Of a stretch of 64,000 nucleotides of DNA, positions 12,221 to 25,870 are shown in pieces. A program made the position numbers and the translations under genes. The DNA is from Malacoraja senta (Eukaryota): assembly GCA_038087875.1 (NCBI GenBank), contig CM075996.1:8062001-8126000 (forward strand). Direction: 5' to 3'. Under the pieces are notes generated by a model that saw only the letters and a program-made list of their open reading frames with translations, did no database searches and was not told where the DNA came from. Each line of letters opens with the position of its first letter. The stretch's first letter is position 1.

Positions 12221-15200
12221 GATGCACTGGGTGATCAGACTTTGCTGGCTCCACCTTGCACTAAACGTTATTCCTTTGTCCAGTATCTGTACACTGTAAA
12301 TGGCTCGATTATAATCATGTATTGTATTTCTGCTGACTGGAGACCACGCAACAAAAGCTTTTCACTGTACATGTGACAATAAACTAAACTGAAACTGATC
12401 CGCTCATCGCCATGCAGCCAAGTCCAGGCGGTCTTTAGAGATTTAGACTTTGGAGACTTTAGAGAGACAGGGTGGCACGGTGGCACAGCTGTTGAGTTGC
12501 TGCCTTACAGCGCCGGAGACCCGGGTTCGATCCTGACTACAGGTGCTGACTGTACGGGGCTTGTACGTTCTACCCGTGACCGCGTGGGTTTTCTCCGGGA
12601 GCTCAGGATTCCTTCGACACTCCAAAGACGTGTGTGATTAGTGTTAGTGTGCGGGGATCACTGGTCGGTGTGGACTCGGTGGGCTGAAGGGCCTGTTTCC
12701 GCGCTGCATCTCTGAACTAAACTCAGCTAAGAACAGGAACAGGTTCCTCCGGGCCACAATATTTGTACCAGACATGATGCCAAGTTAAACAAATCTCTGA
12801 TACGTGCATATGATCCATATCTCTCCATTCCCTGCATTTCCACGCCTATCTAGACCTGTTAAATGCCACTATTCTATCTGCCGCCACCAACACCACCAGC
12901 AGCACATTCCAGGCATCCACCACTCTCCTGTATACATAAAATAGCACTGTCATAGAGTGATACAGCGTGGAAACAGGCCTTCGGCCCAACTTGCCCACAC
13001 CAGCCAACGTGTCCCAGCTACACTCGTCCCATCTGCCTGCGTTTGGTCCATATCCCTCCAAACCTGTCTTATCCTGTCTAACTGTTTCTCCTCCTCTGGC
13101 AGCTTGTTCCATACAGCCTGAAAAAGTTACTCCTCAGATTCCTATTAAATCTTTTCCCCTTCGCCTTGAACCTATGTCCTCTGGTCCTCGATTCCCCTAC
13201 TCTGGGCGAGACTCTGGGCAATTTCCTTTCAACTTTGTTCCTCTCACCTTATATTTCTGCCCTCTAGTCTTTGACATTTCCTCCCTGTGGAAAACATTCT
13301 GACTGTCCACCCGATCTGCGCCTCATAATTTAATATACGCCCATTGGGTCACTTCTTAACCTTTAGTTTAGTTTAGTTTAGAGATACAGCGCGGAAACAG
13401 GCCCTTTCGGCCCACGCCGACCAGCGATCCCCGCTCATTAACACTATCCTATAGGGGCAATTTTTACATTTACCAAGCCAATTAACCTACAAACCTGCAC
13501 GTCTTTGAAGTGTGGGAGGAAACCGAAGATCTCGGAGAAAACCCACGCAGATCATGGGAGAACGTACTAACTCCGTACAGACAGCACCCGTAGTCGGGAT
13601 CGAACCCGGGTCTCTGGTACTTCAGTCTCTGTAAGGCATCGAGTCTACCGCTGCGCCACCGTGCCGCATTCCAGAAAAAAACAATCTAAGTTTGTACAAT
13701 CTTTCCTTGCAATTAAGCTAAGATCATAAACGATAGGAGCAGAATTAGGCCATGCAGGCCATCGAGCCTGCTCCGCCATTCGATCATGGCTGGTCTATTT
13801 TCCCCTCTCAATAACCTTCGAAGCCCTTACTAGTCAAGAACCTATCAATCTCTGCTTTAAAAATACCCAATGATTTGTCCTCCACAGCCATCTGTGGCAA
13901 TAAATTCCACAGGTTCACCAGCCGCTGGCTAAAATAATTCCTCCTCATCTCCATTCTAAATGTATGTCCTTTTTTTCCAGAGGCTGTGACCTCTGGTCCA
14001 AGACTCTCCCACTAGTGGAAACATTCTCTCCGCGTCCACTCTATCCATGCTTTCATTGTTCTGTTGGTTTCAATGAGGTTCCCTCTCATCTTTCTAATCT
14101 CCAGCGAGTCCAGGCCCAGTGCCGTCAAATGCTCATCATACATTAACCCAATCATCTCCAAGATCATCCTCGTAAACCTCCTCTGGACCATCTCCAGAGC
14201 CAGCACATCCTTCCTCAGAAATGATGCCCAAAATTGCTCACAATACTCCTAATGTGGCCTTACTTATAGAGTCTCAACAATACATCTTTGTTTTTGTATT
14301 GTGGCCCTCTTGAAATAAATGCTGGCATTGCATGTACCTTCCTTACTACAGATTACGTTTTTGTGAGACCATCACCTGCACTCCCAAGTCCACTTGCACC
14401 TCCAATTTCTGGATTCTTTGGACAATCGACAATAGACAATAGACAACAGAGCCTGGACCTGCGGCTCTGCAGGTGGACAAAAGCCGGCGCGACTCGTGGC
14501 TACGGAGCCCGCTGGGTCTGAGTGGGACCGGCTCGCCCACCACGGACATCGACGGGACCCGTGCCTTCGAGAGCGAGGAGGAATCTTCAAGCAACTGGCG
14601 AGAGAGAGGGGGCCATCGGACAGTGAAGAGGGGGTCGTCGCAGAGCGAGGAGGGCCGTTGGAAAGCAAGGAGATCCGTCGGAGAGAAAGGAAGGTCATCG
14701 GAGAGTGAGCAGGGCCGCCGAGATCAAAGGGATACTACACGTGCAGCAGTAGGCAGTAGTTAGGACAGGTTTTTAAATATGTTTTAGAGATACAGCGTGA
14801 CAACAGGCCCTTCGGCCCACCGCGCCAATCAGCGGACCCCGCACACTAACAACACCCTACACACACTAGGGACAATTTACCAAGCCAATTAGCCTACAAA
14901 CCTGTGTGTCTTTGGGGTGTGGGAGGAAACCAAAGATCTTGGAGAAAACCCATGTGGTCACGGGGAGAACTCCATACAGACAGCACCCGTAGTCGGGATC
15001 GAACCCGGGTCTCCGGCGCTGCAAGCGCTGTAAGGCAGCAACTCTACCGCTGCGCCACCGTGGCCGCCCTTGACTGTTCCGTGATCTTTTCTATGACAAA
15101 ACGTTGCAACACTCGTGAACTGCGTGGGCGAGGTCTGCTGTATTGCTTTACTGGGTTGTACACAAAACTAAGCATTTCACTGTAGCTAGATACTGTATCA

Positions 15201-15363
15201 TTGAATCATTGTACCTTCATGTGTACCTTCATTGAATCATTGATGGGAGCAGCCGCTGATCCAGCACTGGCCACCGGGTGGCGGTATCGCCTCACGTTGC
15301 AGCAGTGGGCTGGCACTCAGAGAGAAGTTGTACCGAACACCCAGGGGTTTGTGGACGGTGTAA

Positions 15364-18288
15364 TGGGCCCGGTCCCGCTTAGGCGACTTTTTAGGCGACT
15401 GCCGGCGACTGTCATAGTCTTGTCGGATTGCCGAAAAAAATCGACGACTGAGCCCCATCCTACAACCATGTCTACGACAAGCTACGACAACCTACGACCT
15501 AGTCGACTAGGTCTACGACAAGCTCCCGACAACCGGCGACCCAATCGATAATGTTTTATTATTAATGTTTAATGTTTTATGTGTCATTCCTAACTGCCAC
15601 TGTATGTCATGTTGTCACTTGCGGGCGGAGCACCAAGGCAAATTCCTTGTATGTGAATACTTGGCCAATAAATTTATTCATTCATTCATCCCTTGCATTT
15701 GGGGTGGAGGCTGCAGTGAGGCTGGCATCTTCGCTCCCTCCTCGCGGCCGACCAACGGGACTGGATCGGCATTTCCTGGAGCTGAACTTCAGCTTCGGTG
15801 GTAGTGCAGCGCTGACGTAACATCGCGGAGTGGGCGATGCCTTACCGAGGATCGCTGTGTGGTAAGCTCCGGAGTGCTGAGACCGCCGACTCCAACATCG
15901 CGGAGCTGTGGTTGCGGACCTTCCAGCTGCGGGCGGCGCTGACTTTAGCATCGCGGAGGCCTGGGATCTTTCGCCGAGGTTTTGCCAGTGGGAATCTCCG
16001 CCCAACTCGGCCTGTGGGCTTCGGGAGCCGCGCGCGGTCTCCGGTAGGAAGCGGCCGATTCCGGAACTCCAAACCGCTGGAACTGCTCTCTCTGAAGCCG
16101 GAGCTCCATCATCCGGCGAGAGGGCCTGAAACACCGGGCCTCTGCTGCGGTGACTACGGAGGCCTCAAATAGGCCTAGTCCACGGGTGAACACAGAGGAA
16201 GAGGACTGAACTTTTACTGCCTTCCCTCACAGTGGAAAACGTTCATTCCGCTGTGGGGGGATGTTCGTGTTAAATTCTATCGTGTGTTGTGTTTTTCTTT
16301 TTATTTCTATGGATGTACGGCAACCCAAATTCTTCTATGTACAGCACTTTGGTTCAACGCGAGTTGATTTAAATGTGCTATATAAATAAAAATTGATTGA
16401 TAAAAATTGATTGATTGATGCTCCTCTTGCTGTGCTCCTGACTGGTGGAGGGGGTTGCCGCAGAGACAACAGACAATAGACAATAGGTACAGGAGTAGGC
16501 CATTCGACCCTTCGAGCCAGCACCACCATTCAATGTGATCATGGCTGATCATCCACAATCAGCACCCCGTTCCTGCCTTCTCCCCATATCCCCTGACTCC
16601 GCTATTTTTAAGAGCCCTATCTAGCTCTCTCTTGAAAGCATCCAGAGGACCTGCCTCCACCGCCCTCTGAGGCAGAGAATTTCACAGACTCACCACTCTC
16701 TGTGAGAAAAAGTGTTTCCCCGTCTCCGTTCTAAATGGCTTACCCCTTATTCTTAAACTGTGGTTCCTGGTTCTGGACTCCCCGAACATCGGGAACATGT
16801 TTCCTGCCTCTAGCGTGTCCAAGCCCTTAACAATCTTATATGTTTCAATGAGATATCCTCTCATCCTTCTACACTCCAGAGTGTACAAGCCCAGCTGCTC
16901 CATTCTCTCAGCATATGACAGTCCCGCCATCCCGGGAATTAACCTTGTAAACCTACGCTGCACTCCTTCAATAGCAATAATGTCCTTCCTCAAATTAGGG
17001 GACCAAAACTGCACACAATACTCCAGGTGTGGTCTCACTAGGGCCCTGTACAACTGCAGAAGGACTTCTTTGCTCCCTCAAGTGGATCAACCTCCTCTTC
17101 ACAGGGACACACTGGGCAGTGGCTCGCTCATTTTAAACTGGAAGAAAATACATTTGTTTTACATCATTCTACTCTCCACTCTCACAACATGTGAGTTGAT
17201 GAAGAAGCATTTGTCCAAAATCCACACTGCTGCCTCTGCGTTAATGTTCTGCCACCAGACCCTGACTTGGTCCCCCTAGTAGACAGCTTGCTATATCTGG
17301 TTCTCTGGTTTTTGAGCCACTGGCATAGCTGGGCATCTGTACAAAAAAAAAAAGACCTGTGTGAATTACCTGCCTGCCTTCTTGCAAGAGAATGGAAGAG
17401 GTACTGGCCACAAACAAAGTAGGTAGGTACATATGCAGTCAGGGAACTCCTTGACCTTGGTCTGCAGTAATGTGGCCTCCCTGTCCCTTCTCCTGTAGTT
17501 GTCATCATTCTTGTCACACAGCACCGGGTTACACTGGTACCACTCTACCAGGTCTCCTGCCTGCTCCCTGCTGAAGGTATAAGGTAATACCTTTCTCCAG
17601 CCCTTCTTGGCTTAATAGAGGCATCCGTGTGTGATGCTGTGCCTGTGTCAGCTTCAGCTGATGCAGCAACTGCAGCAGTGCCTGGCTTCTTGTTAATAGG
17701 GGGGCCAGTCCAGGTGGTGGTGGGGACAAGGCCTTCCTCCCTGGTCTCCTCCTATGCATCCTCCTGGGCTTCCTCCTCCTGGACATTCTCCTCCTGGGTC
17801 ATATCCACCTGCCCGGTGTGTGGTGATGAGGTGGCGGGGGGGGGGGGGGGGGTGTGCGTTGCCCCTGCGCTGCACCTTCCTTCTCTTCAGAGCCGCGTTC
17901 CACCGTCCGATCTCCAGTAAAACAAAATGCGCAATGACCGCGCGCTAGATTCGAGTCACCACGTGGAGCTGTTTACCTAACGTTTTTGCACTGGGCCGAT
18001 GAAAATCACCGATCAGCAACGGTGACAACCTACGACCATCTACGACCTCCTGGCGACCCACCACCACTGCGCCTACGACACGAGAATTCTCGCCACTCTT
18101 CATGGCGTCAAAATTCTGGTCGCCGCTAATTGTTCAACATGTTGACCAGAACGCCATTACGAGTTGTTGCGAGTCTACGGGAACTACTCACGACCATGAA
18201 GGCGACTCCCCGGCAACCACCCGCGAACATGTGGCGACCATGTAGCGACCGCATAGTCTCCTGTAGTCGCCTAAGTGGGACAGGCCCA
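15364..18288 (-). mobile_element. Harbinger-derived element with a Myb/MADF-like ORF remnant and nested insertions
   Basis: TIRs TGGGCC.GGTCCC.CTTAGGCGACT / AGTCGCCTAAGTGGGACAGGCCCA and a TAA TSD. Minus-strand remnant QLCQWLKNQRTRYSKLSTRGTKSGSGG (~17240-17340). Contains a CR1 at 16466-17075. Confidence 0.7.
16466..17075 (-). mobile_element. CR1/HER1-like LINE 3' fragment nested in the Harbinger element
   Basis: ORF 16682..17053 (YRALVRPHLEYCVQFWSP...) plus 3' UTR and tail. Confidence 0.9.
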
Positions 18289-20221
18289 TAAGTGGGACAG
18301 GCCCATTAGAAGGAACCGAAGATGGACACAACAAGCTGGAGGAACTCAGCGGGACAGAGAGCATCTCTGGAGAGAAGGAATGGGTGATATTTCGGGTCGA
18401 GACCCTTCTTCAGACAGTTACTCCAGCTTTTTGTGCCCATCTTCGGCTTGTGGACTGTTGTACACTGATGCCAAACTCCGAGCCATCCTCTCACAGTCAT
18501 TCAGCTTGCAATCAGGCCCTTTGGCCCAACGCCTCCATGCCGGCCAACGTGCCCCCTCTACACCAGTCCCACCTGCCCGTGTTTGGCCCATATCCCTCTA
18601 AATATGTCCGATCCATGTACCTGTCCAAATGTCTTTTAAACAACGAGATAAGCCCCTACCTCAACTACCTCCTCTGGCACCTAGTTCCATACACCCACCT
18701 CCCACTGCGAGTAAATGTTGTGGCTCCAATTCATATTAAATCTTTCCCCTCTCTCCATAAACCCATGTCCTCTGGTTCTTGATTTCACTACTCTGGGTAA
18801 AAGGCTCTATGCATTTATCCTTTCAATCCCCCTCGTGATTCCATACAACTTAGTTTAGTTTAGAGATACAGCGTGGAAACACACCGAGTCCCCGCCGACC
18901 TGCGATCCCCGCACACCAACACTATCCTTCACACACTAAGGACTATTTACAATTGTACCAAAGGCAATTAACCTACAATCCTCTACGTCTTTGGAGTGTG
19001 GGAGGAATCCGGAGCACCCGGAGAAAACCCACGCAGGTCACGGTGAGAACGTTCAAACTCCGTACGGACAGCGCCCGTAGTCGGGATCGAACCCGGGTCT
19101 CTGGCGCTGTGAGGCAGCGACTCTACCGCTGCGCCACCGTGTCGCCTCACCTCTTCAGTGACGCTTGGTCATTTCCGCTGACTGGTTAGCACGCAATAAA
19201 AGGCTTTTTACTGAACCTCAGTAAATGCGACAATAATAAAACTGAACTAAATATATTTTATGCATAACATATGTGATAAATACAATCGGTACACATCGCT
19301 CTCTATGTTCATCGCACTATTAATACAATCTCTTACAATGTATCAACACGTCATGATTCCTCCTTGAACAATCCACCTGAGACTCGATACATTTCCTGAT
19401 TGTATGCCTCGTTGTCACCTTCCCTACCACTAACAATGATCCATGCTACAATTTTCTTGAACTGGGTCCCAATTGATCTTTCGTTTTCACACCTAACCCT
19501 TCCATATCTCTATTTCTCCCTCTCCCCTGACTCTCAGTCTGAAGAAGGGTCCCTTTCTATAGGCTTGAATTCACTGGTTTAGAAGGATGAGAGGGAATCT
19601 TATAGAAACATATAAAATTATGAAAAGGACTGGACAAGCTAGATGCAGGAAATATGTTCCCAATGTTGGGCGAGTCCTGAACCAAGGGGCCACAGTCTTA
19701 AAATAAAGGGGAGGCCATTTAAGACTGAGGTGAGAAAAAAACTTTTTCACCCAGTGAGTTGTGAATTCGTGGAATTCCCTGTCACAGAGGGCAGTGGAGG
19801 CCAAATCACTGGATGGATTTAAGAGAGAGTTAGATAGAGCTCTAGGGGCTAGTGGAATCAAGGGATATGGGGAGAAGGCAGGTACGGGTTATTGATTTGG
19901 GACAATCAGCCATGAACACAGATCCCAGGCCCTCAGTGGGTCCACAAGCCCAGACCATGGCCCTTCACTCGAGATGTATGTCATGCTGTGATACACAGCA
20001 TGGTTCCTCAGTATCCAGTGGCGGAGGGACCCTAGACTGTGGTTTTCCCCCACAGAGCCTTGCCGTTGGCTGCACCGAGCTTCAATGTGTCCATCAGCAC
20101 GTACGCCCACAGTCTGGGACGTGTCATTCTGCAACATTCCCCAACGGACATCTCCTTACACTGGAAACCCAAACGGGCAGAGCAACGGGCGGCCTGACAC
20201 AGAGATCCTCCAGCAGCACTT

Positions 20222-20306
20222 TGTGTGTGTGTGTGTGTGTGTGAGTGTATGTGTGTGAGTGCTTGTGTGAGTGTGTGTGTGAATGTGTGTGTGTGTGAGT
20301 GTGTGA

Positions 20307-20351
<45 letters not shown>

Positions 20352-20781
20352 TGTGAGTGTGTGTGTATGTGAGTGAGTGTGAATGTGTGCGTGTGTGTGA
20401 ACGTTAGTGTGTGTGTGTGAGTGTGAACGTGAGTGTGTGTGTGTGAGTGTGAATGTGAGTGTGTGTGTGTGTGTGAGCATGAGTACGAGTGTGTGCGTGT
20501 TTGTGTGTGAGCGTCTGTATGAGTGTGTGTGTGTATGTGTGAGTGTGTGTATATATATATATATGTGTGTGTGAGTGTGAGTGTGAGTATGAGTGTGTGT
20601 GTGTGAGTACGAGTGTGTGAGTGTGAGTGTGAGTATTAGTGTGTGTGTATGTGTGAGTGTGTGTGTGAGTGTGAGTGTGAGTGTGGAGCGTGAGCATGAG
20701 TGTGTGTGAGTGTGTGTATATATATGTGTGTGTGTGAGTGAGTATGAGTGTGTGTGAGTACGAGTGTGAGTGTGAGTGTGC
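20222..20781. repeat. Compound (TG)n/(TGAG)n microsatellite
   Basis: About 560 bp of degenerate TG repeats. Confidence 0.95.
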
Positions 20782-23202
20782 GATCATTTAGGAAGGAGAT
20801 GAGGAGGATTTTCTTTAGTCAGAGGGTGGTGAATCAGGGATTCTTTGCCACAGAAAGCTGTGGAGGCCGTCAATGGATATATTTAAGGCAAAGATAGATA
20901 GATTGTTGATTTGTTACGGGTGTCAGGGGTTGCGAGGGAGAAATAGATCAGCTATGATTGAATGGCGGAGTGGAGTTGATGAGTCGAATGGCCTAATTCT
21001 GCTTCTATCATGAACACTAGTGACAGAGCAGCACAGTGAGGGAGTATGGTGCAGGATGCAGGGATGATAGAATGCAGTGCAGCCAGAGAGCAGAGCAATG
21101 AAGGGCTGAATTAGAGTCATAGAGTGATACAGCGTGGAAACAGGCCCTTCAGGCCAACGTGCCCACACCGGCCAACATGCCCCAGCTACACTAATCCCAC
21201 CTGCCTGCGCTTGGCCCATATCCCTCCAAACCTGTCCTATCCATGTACCTGTCTAACAGTTCCTTAAACATTGGGATAGCCCCAGCCTCAACTACCTCCT
21301 CTGGCAGCTTGTTCCATACACCCACCACCCTTTGTGTGAAAAAATCACCCCTCAGATTCCTATGAAATCTTTTCCCCTTCACCTTAAACCTATAAGTAAA
21401 TATAAAGTAAAAAAATCTTAAAGAGCAATGAAGGGTTGCATTGCTGAGGGAATGCAAGGTCAAGGAGTTCAGCGGCCCAGGAAAAGGATGCAGCAAGGAC
21501 TGCAGGACGGAATGAGGGAGCAGAGGTTCCCGTGTCCTGTCTCTACACAGCAGGGGTGCTGATGGAACAGCGTGTGTCTCACGGAGGCCAGATGAGGCAA
21601 GGACAATGGTCTCCTGCTGATTCCACACGCTACTGCCAGGGTATGTGTGAAGGGGAAACTATATATAAGCGGGAATGCCATGCATCCGCCGTGGCATCAT
21701 GTTTGTCAAGAGGCGTTTACAGCTTCTGTCCGCGGGAGTCTGGTATTGGGAATGTGCCTGTCTCCACATGCATCTTCCCACTGTCACTTTGAAGAGCCTG
21801 GTGCAGGTCTGCAAGGTCACACATTCCAATGTGTTGCGTACGGTGCCTGGATAGTGGATGGGAGGCAGGGAGCACTGTGTCAGGGCACATCCATACACAG
21901 TGTCCACGTAAAGGCAATGCTCTCTAGTCCGACACAAAATGCTGGAGTAACTCTAGCATTAGTGCAAATCGAGAATCTGGTCGTTCCCTTAAGAAAGAGA
22001 TGAGGATTTTTTTAAATTCAGAGGGTGGTGAATCGGTGGAATTCTTTGCCGCAGATGGCTGTGGAGGCCAAGTCAATGGATATCATTAAGGCAGAGATAG
22101 AGAGATTCTTGATTAGTACGGGTGTCAGGGGTTATGGGGAGAAGGCAGGAGAATGGGGTTAGGAGGGAGAGATAGATCAGCCATGATTGAATGCTGGAGT
22201 AGACTTGATGGGCCAAATGGCCTAATTGTGCTCCTATCACTTATGACCTTATGACCTTAAGTCAGCGGGTCAGGCAGCAACTCTGGAGAGAAGGAATATG
22301 TGACGTTTCGGGATTTGACCCTTCTTCAGACTCGACCCGAAACGTCACCTATTCCTTTTCTCCAGAGATGCTGCTTGTCGGCTGAGTTTTACTCCAGTAT
22401 TTTGTGTTGATCTTCTGTGTAAACCAGCATCTGCTGTTCCTTCCTACACACAATGCTCACTCGTAGCCAGTTCAGCACGCCGTCCAAAATGGTGGAGGGG
22501 TTTCAATGGAGGAAGGGTTGGAGCTGGGAAGGAGAGAGGGCGGTTCAGAGGCGGCACGGTGGCGCAGCGGTAGAGCTGCTGCCTCACAGCTCCAGAGACC
22601 CGGGTTCGATCCTGACTACGGGTGCAGTCTGTATTTGTAAGTTTGTACGTTCTCCCCGTGGGTTTTCTCCGGGTGCTCTGGTTTCCTCCCACACTCCAAA
22701 GACGTGCAGGTTTGTAGGTTAATTGGCTTCCGTAAATTGTAAATTGTCCCTAGTGTGTGTAGGAATATTGCTCGAGTACGGGGTGATCGCTGGTCGACGC
22801 GAACACGGTGGGCCAAAGGGCCTGTTTCCACGCTGTATCTCTAAAGGGTCAGACTGATCGAGGGCTTTGAGAGGGTCAAACGGAGAGACAACTTGCTGAA
22901 GAATTAGAGGGAAATGAAAAGATTTACTCTCTGAATTGTGATTCACAACACTGCCTGAAGGAACAAAGCAGGCAAATTCAACTGTGACTTTCACAGAGGA
23001 TCAGAACAAATATTTTAAGGTGTGTGGGGTTAGATTGGGACAGAAATATTCTCAGGGTGGTGCAGCGGTAGAGCTGCTGCCTCACAGTGCCAGAGACCCG
23101 GGTTCGATCCCAACTCCAGGTGCTGTCTGTACGGAGTTTGTCTGTTCTCTCCATGACCTGCGTGGGTTTCCTCCGAGATCTACGGTTTCCTCCCACGCTC
23201 CC

Positions 23203-23557
23203 ACAGTGAAGAAAGCGAATGGCATGTTGGCCTTTATAACAAGAGGAATCGAATATAGGAGCAAAGAGGCCCTTCTGCAGTTGTATAGGGCCCTAGTGAG
23301 ACCACACCTGGAGTATTGTGTGCAGCTTTGGTCCCCTAATTTGAGGAAGGACATTCTTGCTATTGAGGGAGTGCAGCGTAGGTTTACAATGTTAATTCCC
23401 GGGATGGCGGGACTGTCATATGCTGAGAGAATGGAGCAGCTGGGCTTGTATACTCTGGAGTTTAGAAGGATGAGAGGGGATCTCATTGAAACATATAAGA
23501 TTGTTAAGGGCTTGGACACGCTCGAAGGGCCGAATGGCCTACCTATTGTCTATTGTC
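23203..23557 (+). mobile_element. CR1 fragment nested within a SINE (23055-23700)
   Basis: VKKANGMLAFITRGIEYRSKE.LLQLYRALVRPHLEYCVQ; SINE sequence continues on both sides. Confidence 0.85.
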
Positions 23558-24890
23558 CCAAGACGTACAGATTTGCAGGTTAACTGGCTTGGCATAAATG
23601 AAAATTGACCCTGGTGCGTTAATGTGCGGGGGATCGCAGGTTGGCGCGGACTCGGTGGGCCGAAGGGCCTGTTTCCGCGCTGTATCTCTAAACTAAAATA
23701 AAACGAACTCCCTCACAGCAGCCAGCAATGTCAGTGTGGGCCCTTGGGAGCAGGTTGCTAATAAACCTTCCTTTATTAGCTCATGACTGTGCAAATAGCT
23801 TACTGATTTGTCCAAGTGATCACATCACGAGGTGGAGAGGGTAAATTCCATGCGTACAGTCAGTGTGTACGTGGTCTGTGCACAAGGGTCATGTTCTCCT
23901 GCTCATCGGCCAGCAGGGGGAGCTGGCACATCGTCAGACACCGCCATTTTGTATTCCTTCCAGGGACATTATTCAGTAATTGCATGTTGCAGTGTACCAG
24001 CAGAAGGTACAAAGACGTTCAAATGTCACATTGCATCAGGCCATCATTATAATACAATAGTGGCTTCCGTATCTACAATGCACTCGACCCCACCCGCGGC
24101 GACCAGCGTTCACGGAAGGCCTCCAGAGTCCCCGCGGCCACCGCGTGTTGCCCTCTCCAGGGACACGCGAGCACGGACATAGGCCCGGGAAGAAGGGCAG
24201 ACAGTCGACTCTGGTGTGACCATCAACTACCCGCTGCCTGGACATCTTGGCCAGGCCCAAGAGCAAACCGACAGGGAGATCCCCCCTCTCCCGATCAGCC
24301 CTCACCACACCCTGCCTTGGGCCCAAATACCAGAATCGTGGGACTAAAACCCAACCAAAACTTGGGGAGCAGCCCCTTCAGATACTCGTCCAGGGGCTGC
24401 AACCTCTCACACTCCGTATACACGTGGAACACGGTCTCTTCCTCGCCGCAGAAGTTACAGGCGGCTGGCGAGTCCGTGAACCTGGAGAGAACTTAAATAT
24501 TTATTACACTACACAGCTCTGTGCAACACTCTCCACCCCAGGTCCCCGATGTAAAGGGGGTGGACTCCCTGAAAGAGAGACCTCCGCTGGGGACCGCTCC
24601 CACCGTCAGGTGGTAAACTTCCACAGAGGCGGCATGGTGGCGCAGGGGATAGAGGTACTGCCTCACTGCACCAGAGACCCCGGTTCTGACCCGCTGAGTT
24701 ACTCCAGTTTTTTTGTGTCCATCTTCAGTCCAAACTAATCTAAACTGGCCGGACCGATCCTCTGCTCTCCTCACTATCTGAAGGCGCTGGGAATTTTGTT
24801 GTGGCATGTGAGGAAGATTGGCCGGAGTGGATGGACAAGGGAGAGCGATGCCTCACTGGTGAGAAGGGAACTCCTTGCTGACCCTGTGTA

Positions 24891-25390
24891 GACAATAGAC
24901 AATAGACAATAGACAATAGGTGCAGGAGTAGGCCATTTGGCTCTTCGAGCCAGCACCGCCATTCAATGTGATCATGGCTGATCATCCCCAATCAGTACCC
25001 CGTTCCTGCCTTCTCCCCATATACCCTGACTCCGCTATTTTTAAGAGCCCTATCTAGCTCTCTCTTGAAAACATCCAGAGAACCTGGCTCCACATCCAGA
25101 GAACCTGAGGCAGAGAATTCCACAGACTCACCACTCTCTGTGAGCAAAAGGGTTTCCTCGTCTCCATTCTAAATGGCTTACTCCTTATTCTTTAACTGTG
25201 GCGCCTGGTTCTGGACTCCCCCAACATCGGGGACATGTTTCCTGAATCTAGTGTGTCCAAGCCCTTAACAATCTTATATGTTTCAATGAGATACCCTCTC
25301 ATCCTTCTAAACTCCAGAGTGTACAAGCCCAGCTGCTCCAATCTCCCAGCATATGACAGTCCCGCCATCCTTGTAAACCTACGTTGCACT
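24891..25390 (-). mobile_element. CR1/HER1-like LINE 3' fragment
   Basis: Same ORF2 C-terminus as other copies, with a (GACAATA)n tail on the + strand. Confidence 0.85.
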
Positions 25391-25822
25391 CCCTAGGAAG
25401 GAACTGCAGATGCCTGTTTAAACCGAAGATAGATACAAAATGCTGGAGTAACTCAGCGGGACAGGCAGCATCTCTGGAGTGAAGGAATGGGTGACGTTTC
25501 GGGTCGAGACCCTTCTTCAGACTGAAAGTCAGGGGAGAGGGAGACTCAGAGATAATTCCTCGTATGTTGCAAAACATACTTGGCGAATAAAGTGTGATTC
25601 TGATTCTGATTCTGAGAGATGTGGGTTATGAATCAGTCATGATTCCTCCTTGAAAAATCCTCTCGAGGCCAGACAGGTATATTGATTGTACTGTCACCTT
25701 CCCCTCAGCTAACAGTGATCCATTCTACATTTTCAGGGGAGTGGGCAGTACAGAGATAACATGTAGTTGGAGACAGTAAGATTGGTCAGAGAACTGGGAA
25801 GAGGGAGGGGATGGAGAGGGGG

Positions 25823-25870
<48 letters not shown>

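Noticed and set aside
20124..20787. His/Thr-rich ORFs
   Set aside because: They are translations of the (TG)n microsatellite.
22984..23583. 199-aa ORF as a novel chimeric gene
   Set aside because: Chance fusion of a SINE head with a nested CR1 fragment.
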